Part shown: positions 48,901-64,000 of the stretch, piece after piece | Position numbering within the stretch: the stretch's first letter is position 1 | Layout: each line of letters starts with the position of its first letter | Origin: the human T2T-CHM13v2.0 reference genome, Homo sapiens | DNA: 64,000 nt | Reading direction: 5' to 3' (one strand) | Assembly (NCBI RefSeq): GCF_009914755.1 | Contig: NC_060937.1 | Notes under the pieces: generated by a model | What the model saw: the letters and a program-made list of their open reading frames with translations, nothing else | What the model was told of the DNA's origin: nothing | The model's database searches: none | Position numbers and translations under genes: made by a program

Positions 48901-49154
48901 CACAGCTTGCAATGACTAAAACAACACCACATAGTGTATCTTCTTCAAGATAACTGGTAAATTGTGTTCTGAAAATTCTTAGGGGATACATGCAAAAAAG
49001 ATGAAAACCAAAATACTCAATGCCACTTTTCAGTGCAGTCATAGGCATCCAGGACTCTGATCCCAGCCAACTTCTCAATTGTAAAGATGAAATTTACTAC
49101 ACTAGTAGTCAAAAAGTTTTAAAATATATATCTATATTTTAAATTTATTCTTAG

Positions 49155-49467
<313 letters not shown>

Positions 49468-50824
49468 GCCAATACATTCTTTATTATTTTCTACTTTTTA
49501 AACACTTAAGTAACTTACTAGAAACTACGATTTAGATGAATCTTTCAGATGAAATTAATTTGTAAACTTTTCTGAATTTGTTTGTAGCTATTTCCTGTTC
49601 CCAGCTTTACATTTTCATATAGTTCAACCATATGTTTCTTTAAGTCCCAGATCTTCTACTCTCTGCAGCAAGCATGACATGACTCCTATAGTGAGCACCT
49701 CACTTATTTCAAATTTAAGAGTAGCTCTCTTACATTGTTTTCCCAACCATTACTTTGTATAACAGTAATTAGACATGTATATCATCTTCCTCACTAGACC
49801 TAAGTTCCTTAATGTCAGATCTTAAATATATATTCTTTATATGTTCTCAATGAAATATTTTCTTTTTATATTCTCTATGAAAACATAGAGTAATCAATTG
49901 AAACATGGACATAGCCTTCATGGTATATGTTAGTAAAAACATTTATATTTCTACAGCGTGTTTAAGCCAGAGCTAATTTTGAAGCCTCTGCTTTGCCAAT
50001 GGATTCTTGTGTAGATAGTTACAAGGTGACTGTGGCTGAATGCTTCATTAAGCAGTGGGAGTTTTGAGCCAGGGGCAATATATCAGGGATTAATTGTCAG
50101 TTGGTAAGCAAAGTAGATAACAATCAAGGTTACACAAAGATTACAGTGTCTTAAGAATAAATGTTAGCCAGGATGGCATAAATGAACTGATAATCAGGTA
50201 GGAAGACGTTATGGCAAGGAATGTGTTTCCTTAAACAACTTTTAAAACTAATAGAATTTAAATAAGATATTACCCCCAGTCAATAAAATTCTACTGAAAA
50301 ATAATGAAGCCTGCAAGTGTGATGGTTGCAATGCTGCAGGCACCCACGGAGACTCTGCAGGAGGCCTGCACATGCTTCTTCCCTGCCTCTCCTACTATTT
50401 ACAAACATAATGAAAATGAAAATGAATATGCTGCTTGACTGCTACTCTGAACAGCAAGGACTGTGAGAAGAATATTGTTTTAGTTTGTCTGTTAGGGTGA
50501 CCTTTATGAATTTCACTGTTGCTAGAAAACTCAGGCTGATTGGACAACGTTCCCATTTCTTTAAGAAAGATTTGAAAGTTCACAGGGACTACTTTTAGAG
50601 TTACTTCTTGGAGAAGTGTTGCTTTTTTATATGCATTTAGTTCACTTTGTTTTTATATTAAAATCTATTATAATTTATGTTTTTGACAAATGAAGATGAA
50701 TAAAGGGAGATTGAGTATAACTTCTCAGTAATTGCTAAATGAAATTTGGGAATTGTCAGTCCATGTATTGCTTTGGTCTTTTATGTGACCAGTAGGAATC
50801 ACTTAGCCACTCTCTAGATTTCAC

Positions 50825-51195
50825 AATAGTATATAAATACTATATATAGTATTTATATTATATTATGTATAATACTATTTATATATATAGTATTATATTA
50901 TGTATAAATACCATATATAGTATTTATATTATATATAAATATACTATATATAATTATATATATTATTTTATATTATATATTTAATATACATATTTACTTA
51001 TATATAATCATATGATGTAGTATATATAAACATACTATACATTATAGTAATTATTATAGTAAATATATAATATAGTAATAATTACATGTAATTATATATT
51101 ATATAAAATACATAAAAATATACTATATATAGTATTTATATATAAATATATATATGAGGAATACTATATATAGTATTCTTCATAATACTATATAA
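50825..51195. repeat. AT-rich low-complexity tract with internal palindromes
   Basis: Almost only A/T; repeated unit TACTATATATAGTA(TTTAT). Confidence 0.9.
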
Positions 51196-53394
51196 ACCAG
51201 GTCTCAGAAGCTTTTAGGTACATATTTTTAAGGCCATTATTATGCTAACACTTGAAAGAGAGGCAGAAGCCTTCACATTTCAACCCAAGATCAAACATTG
51301 CTTTTTCTCTGAAATAAAGATTACAGAGGCATCAGGTTTTCTACACATGAAATGAACATGTGGTGTGAATTGTTATGAATATCCTTGTATATGAGAAAGC
51401 CAGAAAGTCAAGGAGACACAGAGAGAGAATTCAGAATTGTTCTGGGTTGGAATTCTGGCTTTCTCTAAAGATCCCTGCATATGGAAGTCAGAAAGCTTCG
51501 CAGCATGAAATCTTTGATCCAAAACACTCTTTTGACTTTTCAGAAAGGCCTTCAGACACTTAAACCTATTAACTACACAGGATTCTAAGTATCCAGATGA
51601 GCTGATCTCAGACAAAAGCAGATTAGGAACAGCAATCTGGAAGATCAGCGCTGTGAAAGGCATGCTGTTGGTAGCAGAGCAGCCATCTGATATCATGATG
51701 CTAAGAAAGACAAAAATCAAACCTCCTGTATGCCAAGCTAGCACAATTTCTGATTGGTCACGATTTTAGCTATCATGGAAATTTAAGATTTGTATTATGG
51801 GGAAATAAACCTGGACCCATAAACAGTAATTCATTTTAGAGACCCATTTTCCATCAAGCTTTAAGGTCTGTTATCTGGAAATTTGTTATGTGGAATACTC
51901 TAATGATACTGAAATGATGGTCGTCTTCCTTGCTTGATTAGCACTTGGTCAAAACCTCAATTCTGGAGTGTTTTAGATTTGAAATAGTCTCACATTGATT
52001 ATCATGTTTGAAATCTGCAGTCATCCTGGGAGGCAGGCAGGGCAAGTATTATTATTTTAATTGTACATATAGAACACTACAAACCCAGAATAATCAGTGG
52101 CTTTCTCATTTCACATGACAGTAAAAATACAAAACACAACAAAAAGCAAAAATGCAGTCAAGTCTCCTGTTTACTCCTCATTACCCTCCGCTGAACCACA
52201 TCCTTCATTTGGGAACCTGTTAGATTGGAGCCTCAATGGCCACACTCCTTCCTGTCTGGGTAAGATGGGAAGTTCTTCCAGGCAGTTTTATAAAGTAGGT
52301 TTTTTACTGAGTTATTTTAGCATTATTGTGTGTAAAGAAAAGTTAGAATTTGTTAAAGAAACATGATATAAATGCATTCAAATATAGTCTATGTTCTTTA
52401 GACTTCTGTTTCTAAATCCCATATGATTCCCATTACTCTAAACATGTAAGATGAATATGATGGCCTTTGACGTATACTGCAATGTTGTAATCAAAAGAAG
52501 AAATTGAACTGATGCTACCTGCAAAAGACAATGCCAGGTTTTATGTAAAATAATCTCGTACTTACAAATGAATGGCTCTTTAAAACTGTATAACCACATG
52601 CTAAAACATTGAGATGTGTTTTTAATGAATGTATGGTTATTGCTTTGGTGTAAAATCTTGCATTCAAGGATTACATACAAATCTAGTGCCTTTGAGTACT
52701 GTTATACGATAGGTACTAGAAATAGTCAGGTAAATATAAAAGGCATGTCATTTATTCTCTCAGAACTTTGAATCATAGTGTTCTGGTTCAATAAGCAAGT
52801 GTTTCAACAATGATTACAAACATATAATAGCATGCAATTACTATTTTGCAAGAATTATATTATCACCAATACACAATAATTACTATGAATGCTACACAAA
52901 TATTATTGTTGTACTTTATTAAAATAAAATTTGTATACATATTGACTATACAGTTGTTATTACTCTAATTTAATAACCCATATATTGAATTGCATTAAAA
53001 GTGGATGCCAAAGAAAATGTGAGGATAAGTGAAGAGAATTAAAAAAAACTTCACCCTTTTTGCTTTCTTTGTGTGACACATAAAGTTAAAACCTGCATGA
53101 TTCATATTCATAACTATAGTAATTTTAAAATAGCTCAGCCATAAACAGCATTTCTTTTCTCACAGAGATATGAAGATAACCTCAGGGTTCCCATCTATGC
53201 TATAATTATGTAAATAACAATATATTGGTATTATGATTTTTAGTGTTCTGGAATAAGTCTATTTTTATAGCTATTTTCACAACAGTTGTACCACAGGGAC
53301 TACAAGTTAAACTCTTTGGTTGCAAAAATATTCACAATTCTTAAACTCAAGTAAAAGTGAGCAAAATGTCAGGAGAGACAATTTTGTGTCTTTA

Positions 53395-53585
53395 AAGTAT
53401 CAGTGATCTGGGTTTGAAACAACCCAAAGATTCTCTGGCCATGTGACAGATAGATAATTTAATTATATTTTCTAAACCTCAGTTTTCTCGTTGGTACAGG
53501 GGTGGCTGTGAGGACTGAGAGTGGTATGTATGTAAAAATTGCAGCGTGGTGCCTGGAACATAGTAAGCACTCAGGAAATGGTAAC
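53395..53585 (+). mobile_element. MIR
   Basis: GATCTGGGTTTGAA...TCTAAACCTCAGTTTTCTC...GTGCCTGGAACATAGTAAGCACTCA. Confidence 0.75.
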
Positions 53586-55134
53586 ACCAAGACAAAGGCA
53601 GGTAAAATAGGAGATAGGTTTTCTTTTTCCTCTTGAAGATTTGTATTACCTAGTGATATTGTTCTTATAATTAACTTTTAATATGTTTAATACATTTAAA
53701 AATATATTTTTGTATCTTATTTTATACTGAGTTTTAGAGAATGGTAATTCAGTCAACAAGTGCCGATGAGTTGGTGCTGTGCACAGTGTATCATGCGCAA
53801 TGCTGTGCAGAGATGAAGGGGCTTGTATATTGCTCACGCAGTCAGAGAACTGTCACCAGGAGGCATTTTCCTTACAGATCAGCAATGCAGGTGTTTCCAC
53901 TCTGGGTACATTTTAGAACAAAATAAAAGAATAGACATAGATACAGCTATTGCAAATAAATGCATGATTTAAAATTCAAACCTCTCACTTATCAAGTGGT
54001 ATTCATGAATTAATTAGATCTCCCCCAAGTGTAGTTTACTTAATAAGAATTGTGTTTACCGAAATTATGGTAGTCTCATTCACTGTAGAGCTATGGTTAT
54101 TAAAAATGGTAGCGGAAAGTGTGCTTTTGGGAAGGCAAATTTCACACACCTAAGTTGTGTGTGCATTCATAGCAAAAGCAATGGCACCAGCCCGAGGACA
54201 CATTAGTCAATGACAACTCAGCCTAATGAAGACACAACTATGATGATCGTACACAATGGCTTCCACTTGCTATTTACCTCATAGAATCATTGTATTTGTA
54301 AATTTCACTTACCACCTTTCACAGCCCTCCTTGTAATTGTGTTTTGCAGTTTCCTCGTCTCTAAAGTGAAAGGACTAAACGAAGGAATTTCTACAGTTCG
54401 ATGACTCTGTCTTGCAAGAAAGATTGCAATTTCTTTGCTGTCAGAGACATAATCTGTTTTATTTATCTTTGTATATTTCATAATGCTCAGTAAATGATAA
54501 ATAAATGACATTTAAAATATATCTTATTTTCCTTCTGAATGGTAGTTATACATACTTACTAGTACTATCTTTCATATGGGCTCATTTGAATGAGTGGGTA
54601 CTAGCTTTAATATTTTCATAAAGTGCAAAGCCAGAGATAAAAGTCAAAGGGATAAAGGAAGAATTTTTTTTTTCTCTCTCTCTCTATACACACACTCACA
54701 CACACATTTTCCCGTAAACATCAAGTTGTAGAACTGGTGTGTGTGTTTACAGACTTTTTTTGAATTCCAAAAAGAATTATACTGTGAACATTTTTTAATA
54801 GGAAACATACTGTAAATAAAAATACAAATGAGCTGGATAAAATGTTCTGTCTGGTTAGAATTGGTTCATGAATTCTATTTTTTGTCTTCATGCTCTGTGA
54901 CTGGAACACAGGATACTTAACAAGATAGTTAATTTCTCTGCATCTTAGGTTTCCTGCAAAATCATGCTACATTTTTATAAACATTAGTGTGTGGTTAGGA
55001 AATATGCTTTTTATTTCCAAATAAAAAATGTATTATTGATTTATATTCACACATGCAGTTAATGTGTTTATGATGTACACATACATATATAGAATTTTAT
55101 GGTACATGTTAGGATAAAAATCTAAGGACTATAT

Positions 55135-55438
55135 TTCTTTTGATTTTTTAATTTTTATTTTTTGAGACAGGGCCTTGTTCCATTGCTCAGGCTGGTGTGT
55201 GTAGTAGTGGTCATAGATTACTGCAACCTTGAACTCCTGGGCTCAAGTGATCCTCCTGCCTCCCAAGTAGCAGGGACTATAGGTGCACAACACTATTCCT
55301 GGCTAATTTTTTGAAACTTTTTCAGAGAGAGGATCTCGCTCTATTGCTCAGGCTGGTCTCCATCTCATGGCCTCAATCCATCCTCCCACCTCAGCCGCCA
55401 AAAATACTGGGATTATAGGTGCAAGCCACCATGCTGGG
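55135..55438 (-). mobile_element. AluJ
   Basis: GAGACAGGG..., CTCCTGGGCTCAAGTGATCCTCC (J diagnostic), heavily diverged. Confidence 0.9.
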
Positions 55439-55519
55439 TCTAAGGGTTATAGTTATTATTCTACCAGTAGCCAGTGGAAAACATAACCATTCTTTAAAGA
55501 GCTAATCCATTTATTATGA

Positions 55520-55861
<342 letters not shown>

Positions 55862-56481
55862 AAAGCTATTTACTTTTTAGGAAAATTCAGTGCAATTACA
55901 TATATATAAAGCTCAATAAACATGCCACTGCTTGTTCAATGGTAACTACAGTAATATTTGCAAAACAGAAGACTCCTGATTGTAGTTCTAGGGAACTGTT
56001 TCATTCATGGTCACATGAAAAGGAAAAGTTATCTCCACTTGTAGGAAAAAAATAAGATAGTTGTAACACAAAGGAACAGAGTTAACTGATATTAATCCAT
56101 TTTAAACGAATGTGTCATTCTTAGTAAATTGTGTGTCATTTCTCTTAGTAAATTTCAAAATTTTCTGTAAAATAACTGGCGTTGATTATTTGCACTCTCT
56201 CTGAGACAGACACATATTGTTCATGTACCTTTGTTCTTTGCAGTTTGAGCTAAAATATATATTTGAAGTGAACAGTTTTTGCTAAAGAACACAGCTCTGT
56301 TGGATGCCTTTATTTCTACCTCTGAATTATCTTCAACCTCCCTTCCTCAGCCTTTTCAGGCCTCAAATCCTCTTTTAATTTTAATTCAAATGAGCAAACT
56401 GCAATTCTACACTTTAAAATGTGTCACGTTATGTTTACCCTCATAACTTGAAACTGCGTATACCTTTTTTTTTTCCTCCAG

Positions 56482-56681
56482 AAATCAACCCTGAATTATG
56501 GTTCTTTTTTTGGTTTCCTCCATGATGATTTGAGAATGCAGATTTGAAAGGGAGAATATAATATTAAAAATTTTGTATGAGCTCACATGAAGCAATAAGA
56601 CAACAGAATGATAATTTCATTCAAACTTATCAAAGTGTCAGCAGAAACACGTTTTGTCAGATCAATTGTCATGTAATTCTG
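56482..56681 (+). other. Candidate exon (200 nt), probably non-coding
   Basis: Acceptor C(T)10CCTCCAG, donor CTG|GTAAGT. Confidence 0.3.
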
Positions 56682-56814
56682 GTAAGTTCCAGGTTGAATG
56701 TGTGTGTCTGTGTGTGTGCACGCGCTCACACACACACATTAAGGCTGTTTCAGGCTTTATTCAATATCCACAATGAACATTTTTTTCATGAAAATGAAAT
56801 ACTCTTTTTTATAG

Positions 56815-56872
56815 GTGAAAGACCGATTCCTTTCTCATTTATTGAATCTCAAAATATCTCATATGTCTAGTG
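56815..56872 (+). other. Candidate exon (58 nt)
   Basis: Acceptor CTCTTTTTTATAG|G, donor GTG|GTAAGT; 133 nt after the previous donor. Confidence 0.3.
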
Positions 56873-57983
56873 GTAAGTCTTCATTCATGTTATTTCAGAG
56901 TGTCAGTTGTAGTGCAGAACTTCAGCTATCCAGTCACCTTAGCTTTAAGCTAGAAAATAAGAAAATGATCAGGATGTCTGTGACAATATTATATAATGTG
57001 ACACTTGATACAGTACGAAGTCCAAGAGTACTCAGAGATGTGCAGAGAAAGTAAGCCAATTTAATAAAAGGGGACAAAGAACTGCAATGACATAAATCCC
57101 AAAAGCAATTTTATAGTCAGTATGTTTTTTACACAGAAACCAGGGAACTGCCTAACGTTGAGATGTTTTACTGAATCTTTGAACAGTATATGCCACTTTG
57201 GCTCTATTACCAAAATGTTGCCCAGGTACTAGTGGTGTGTTCAGAGGAATACAAGTAAGAAAAGGCCAGTCCTCGAAGAGGAAAACTGCAAGTGAATATG
57301 CATGTATACCGTAAAGGAGAGAAAGCTTTATCAAGTGAGCTAGCCCTGAAAAGGAAAATTTTTATGATAGCATCTAACACATGCACTTACCCCCTTCATT
57401 TTGTTTATCCATAATTGTGCCTGACACGTTACTACTGCATCATCTAAGCTACAAATATATATGTTGTTGAAGGCATCAAAGACGCCTGTGTTGGGCCATC
57501 ATGGATTTTCCTTATATTCATTCAAAACCCAGCAAATCTTTATAGAGTGACTGTTAGGTACTGAGATACAACAAAGAAGGAATCATACAGCTTTAAGTGA
57601 GAATTATCAATTGTTAATGATTCTTAATTAAACTTCGAGCACAGTCTTTTAATCATATCAATTCACCTAATGATCTATCATCAAGCCTACATTGTCTTAT
57701 CTATTCCAAAAAATACAGTGAGTTGCTTTGTCTTGCCTAAATTCTGATGCATAGGGCCCTGCCTGTAGGATTTTACTGAGATCACCAGAGCAACAGAACA
57801 GGGTACTTAGCCTACTTCAGCTCACTACTTTCATTGTTAATTACACAAAAGTCCTTTGTTACAATCTGTTATAGAATTTTGTCTGGCATCAACCCTGATC
57901 CCCATTTTAGCAACTATCTTCCTTATAATTAAAACAACGACAACAACAAAAATGAGGCTACTATGTTCTGAAATTTATTTTAA

Positions 57984-58378
<395 letters not shown>

Positions 58379-58529
58379 TGAAACTTATCTTCTTTTAAAT
58401 GACTTGACTGACTTTGCAATTTCCTTATCCATTTCGAATTTTGTAAAATTATTTTTTATTATTGACTGGCTATCTTCTGAAGTCTGGAGATTGTTCTTCT
58501 AGACCAAACTAGAAAAGGTAAAAAAGTAA

Positions 58530-58760
58530 GAGTTAACTTTGGGGCTGAGATTGAAATATGCTTCTAACACTTACAGGCAGCAAGACATTTGCAAGTTAAA
58601 CAAGATCTAAGTGCTTCTGTTCTGTTCCCTTGTTGTAAAACGGGGAAAATAATAGCACTTTACCCACAGAACTGTGGTAAAATTTAAATTTGATTCTTGT
58701 AAAGCACTCAAAATAATGCCTCGAATATAGTAAACATTCAAAACTATTAGATAATTTTTT
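58530..58760 (+). mobile_element. MIR
   Basis: TGTAAAACGGGGAAAATAATAGCAC...TGTAAAGCACTCA...ATAGTAAACATTCAAAACTATTAG. Confidence 0.65.
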
Positions 58761-59629
58761 TAGTAACAACATTAGATACTAAACTCATGTTGTTTCTCTA
58801 AACAACTTAAAATCAATTTTATTGGTATTATCATTTTTATACAAGTTAGCTCATTTGAAATTATAAATCAGTCAGTAAGATCATATACATCTGGGCCACT
58901 GGTATATATTTAAGTTTTATCATGCATAAAATTCTCAACTTCTTCTACAGTTTCTGGTGCAATAAGGCATTTTAGGTCTCTGGTTGCAAGACAGACACTG
59001 ACCTTTGTGGTGAAGAACCTAGGTTCCATGTGAGACTGATGGGCTCTACCACCTGCTAGAGGCTTGCTCTTAGACAAGTGCATTACTATTCAGATGGAAT
59101 TATGGGCAGTTCCCTCTTTGGGTTGTGGCACTTGAAGCCTTTTTAATCCCAAATGTTTTATTACATTTACAGACTCAGGGGCAAAAGGTAAGAATTCCAT
59201 TTATTCTCCTTTAGATCTTTCATTGTTTTTTTGAGGACAAGGAAGAAAATCTTCACATCCCTGAGCTCTAGATATTGATGTGGTTTATGTGTCTGTGTAG
59301 TCTAATGCTTGCTGGTCTATTTGGAGGCTGCTCTCCACGTTCTCACTTTTCCCTGCAGGAAAGTGTTAGATCAGTTATCTCCACTAGGACTCCAACAGGG
59401 TTCAAGGTCTGGTTGCAAACATCTTCTCTCTAGCCCAGGCTATAGCTAAGACTTAAGGGCAAGGTGGCCATATTCTAGTTGCTACAATGCAAGAGAATCT
59501 ATTTGTGCAGAACAGAACATACTCATAAGGCACAAAGAAACCTATTACATTATAGTCATCAGATATAGTAGAATGAGACTTTTATAAATATTTATTTCTG
59601 CAAATCCTACAGAAGTAAGTTTTTAAAAG

Positions 59630-61640
<2,011 letters not shown>

Positions 61641-64000
61641 AATGTCATCCCAACCTCCACACCAGTTTTCAACATAGAACCACCTGTTATTATAGATCCT
61701 GGAAGATGATAAACACATTATCATAAATAAAATGGAACCCAATGTCTCTGCAAAGATACTATAATGAGAAAACTGAAAATGAGTGTGGCTTAATTGGCTT
61801 CCTAGTTCAAGAATATGTTATTTTCTTGTTACAGCAAAATGCAGTTTAATTTAATAAATGGTGTCTTTGCCAGGAGGTGGCGAGTCAGTCTGTGATTCAC
61901 ATTATGTAATGAGGGCTTATTATTTTTTGCTGGTCCTGGTATGAGAAAACCTAAACCATCCGTCCAAGCCACACAGAACTGAGTTATATGACTGAACTGT
62001 CCATTCAAAGGGCCTTATTGACCTAATAGCACTGAATAGTTCAAAGATAGATAAACAGAACTTCCCTGAGTCTTTCTTACTAGAACTAGCAGAACTTCAA
62101 TAAAAAATATAATTCTAGCTCAATAGGCTTTGCAAATTTTAATGTTGGCCATGTTTAAATCCTTTCTCTTTAACCTGAACTTTACAGTCTGTATCTCTGG
62201 CTATGGTTTGTAGTTGCATTTTTCTCTGTGGAATCAGCTTTCCTCTCTGAATAAAGAGAAATTTAATCTCATTTTATGAAGAATTCTATCTTCCTTAAGT
62301 GCATCAAAATAACCTTTTTTTTTCTGTAATGCTATGAAACATACTCCAGTAAAGCTTAATGCAGGAAATTATCATTTAATCCCATATTGCCTAATTTCAC
62401 ATGGCCTCTAAACACATTCAAATTCAGAATGTGAGAAGGTAAAACTATCTCTTCAAAAGATGATGACCATAATTCCATTGTCAACTTCAACCTCAAGGAT
62501 GGATAAATAGAAATATGGAATCATTTTGTTTAGGTATTCCCCATTTTGCTTAAAATTTTACTTCATTATATTTTGCTTAGTTGACTTGTTCACATATTGA
62601 CTTTTCCCTTTGGGCTCAAAGATGTTATTTACTTGGGGATGTGGGATGTTTTTCCATTTCAAATATATTAGATACAGACTCAAACCTTCACCAAGTAGCA
62701 AAATGAATACTCAAACAACATAATCAATAAATAGTCATTCTCTTTTATTCATTTGCTGTGAAAATCTCATGGCCACCTTATTCGAGTAATAATGACTTGT
62801 TTCTAGATGAACAATCTCATCATGTTTGTCAGAATTCACTTCTATTATTTTAATTTTATTTTACATCTATGTATCAATGAAAATCCTAGAACCAAAAAAT
62901 GTAGATGTAACTCCTGCACTATATTCTGTAGTGGCAACACTGGACACATAATTTTTCTAATTCCACTTTCTGCATCTGCAGATAAGAAATTTTAAGGAGT
63001 TACTTTGAAAATTAAATGATAAAGTCCATGAATATATATAATAAACTGAAAAGTTCTGTATCTAAATATAAGTTATTTTTGCTGAATTGAAATCTGGCCA
63101 GTGATCTCTATAAAACAAGCTTAATTCTCAAGAGCTTGTATTCTTGAAGATGAAATAAGATCTAACATTTTCAAGAATGTAATCCATGAATAAAAATTGT
63201 AAAGGTAATAATAACAACAATCTGTTTTAATCTGGGAGATACCTGCTTGTGCACCCTTCTCCTGGGTAGCCATTTTCATTTCTGTCTTCCCAAAATTCTT
63301 AACAGCATATGCTTAGACCAAAAGAGTGGTTTCTCCGAGACACTGAGCACAAACATGGTGTGCATATTTTTTTTATTAAAAAATAGTTCTATATTTGGAT
63401 AGAGGAAAATAGAAACAAAAGATATGGTTACTATCCTTGTATTTTTGAGACTCAACTATTCTTCAGAAATAAATATATATCATTCTTAAAACTTTAGGTG
63501 AGACACATCTTCTAGAGTTTTGTCCAAACTGGAGTATATTATATTATAATTATATTACAATATAATAATGTCATTACTCATTAGTTTACCTAGAATTACA
63601 GTCAATGTTTGGAAGGTTGTAGGAATTTCCAGTTTTTTTGTTGGCATTGTGTTTGTTTAGGCCTTAAATGACTTTAGATGTGGATGATTTTCCCAATAGA
63701 ATGTTCAGCAATTCATTTTTCTTGAAACACAAACAGATATGCTGTCTGCGTGCCCTGCTGGATGGCCAGAATCCTCTGGGGAACACACTGATTGTAACTA
63801 AAGGCAGTCATTTAGCACATCCTCAGATGCTGGCAGGTAGCAGGCATAATAAGCTGTGGGATTTCTTGGTATTTAGCATGCCTCTGAAACTGAGAGGAAC
63901 CATACCTTTTATAATTTTGGAACTTTAGCAATATAGAACACTATATGTAAGGCTAGGCAATGTTACACGCCATGCCATTTCAGAAGGGTTCCAGGCTATC

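Noticed and set aside
56111-56153. Short imperfect tandem duplications (also 59913-59949 and 40657-40681)
   Set aside because: Ordinary slippage products with no further structure

Overview
AT-rich primate (probably human or great-ape) genomic DNA, intronic or intergenic and dominated by interspersed repeats. It holds about 12 Alus, several nested LINE-1s, MaLR and ERV1 solo LTRs (MST, MLT1/MSTD, THE1, LTR12, LOR1-like, MER34-like), plus MIR and L2 remnants. No host protein-coding gene can be identified. The long ORFs are L1 ORF1/ORF2 remnants and the others derive from Alu/LTR sequence or chance. A few short segments with strong splice signals are candidate exons of an unidentified transcript. 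I found no convincing new biological system. The most unusual structures are: (1) an AluY carrying an inverted 68-bp copy of unique DNA from ~850 bp upstream, flanked by a 10-bp duplication of Alu sequence; (2) a twin-primed, 5'-inverted L1PA3/4-like element whose antisense-promoter region now faces an uninterrupted 605-codon C-terminal half of ORF2; (3) a solo LTR12 with ~8 CCAAT boxes nested in an L1 3' end. Subfamily names are recalled from consensus sequences, not from a database search, and boundaries of old repeats are approximate.
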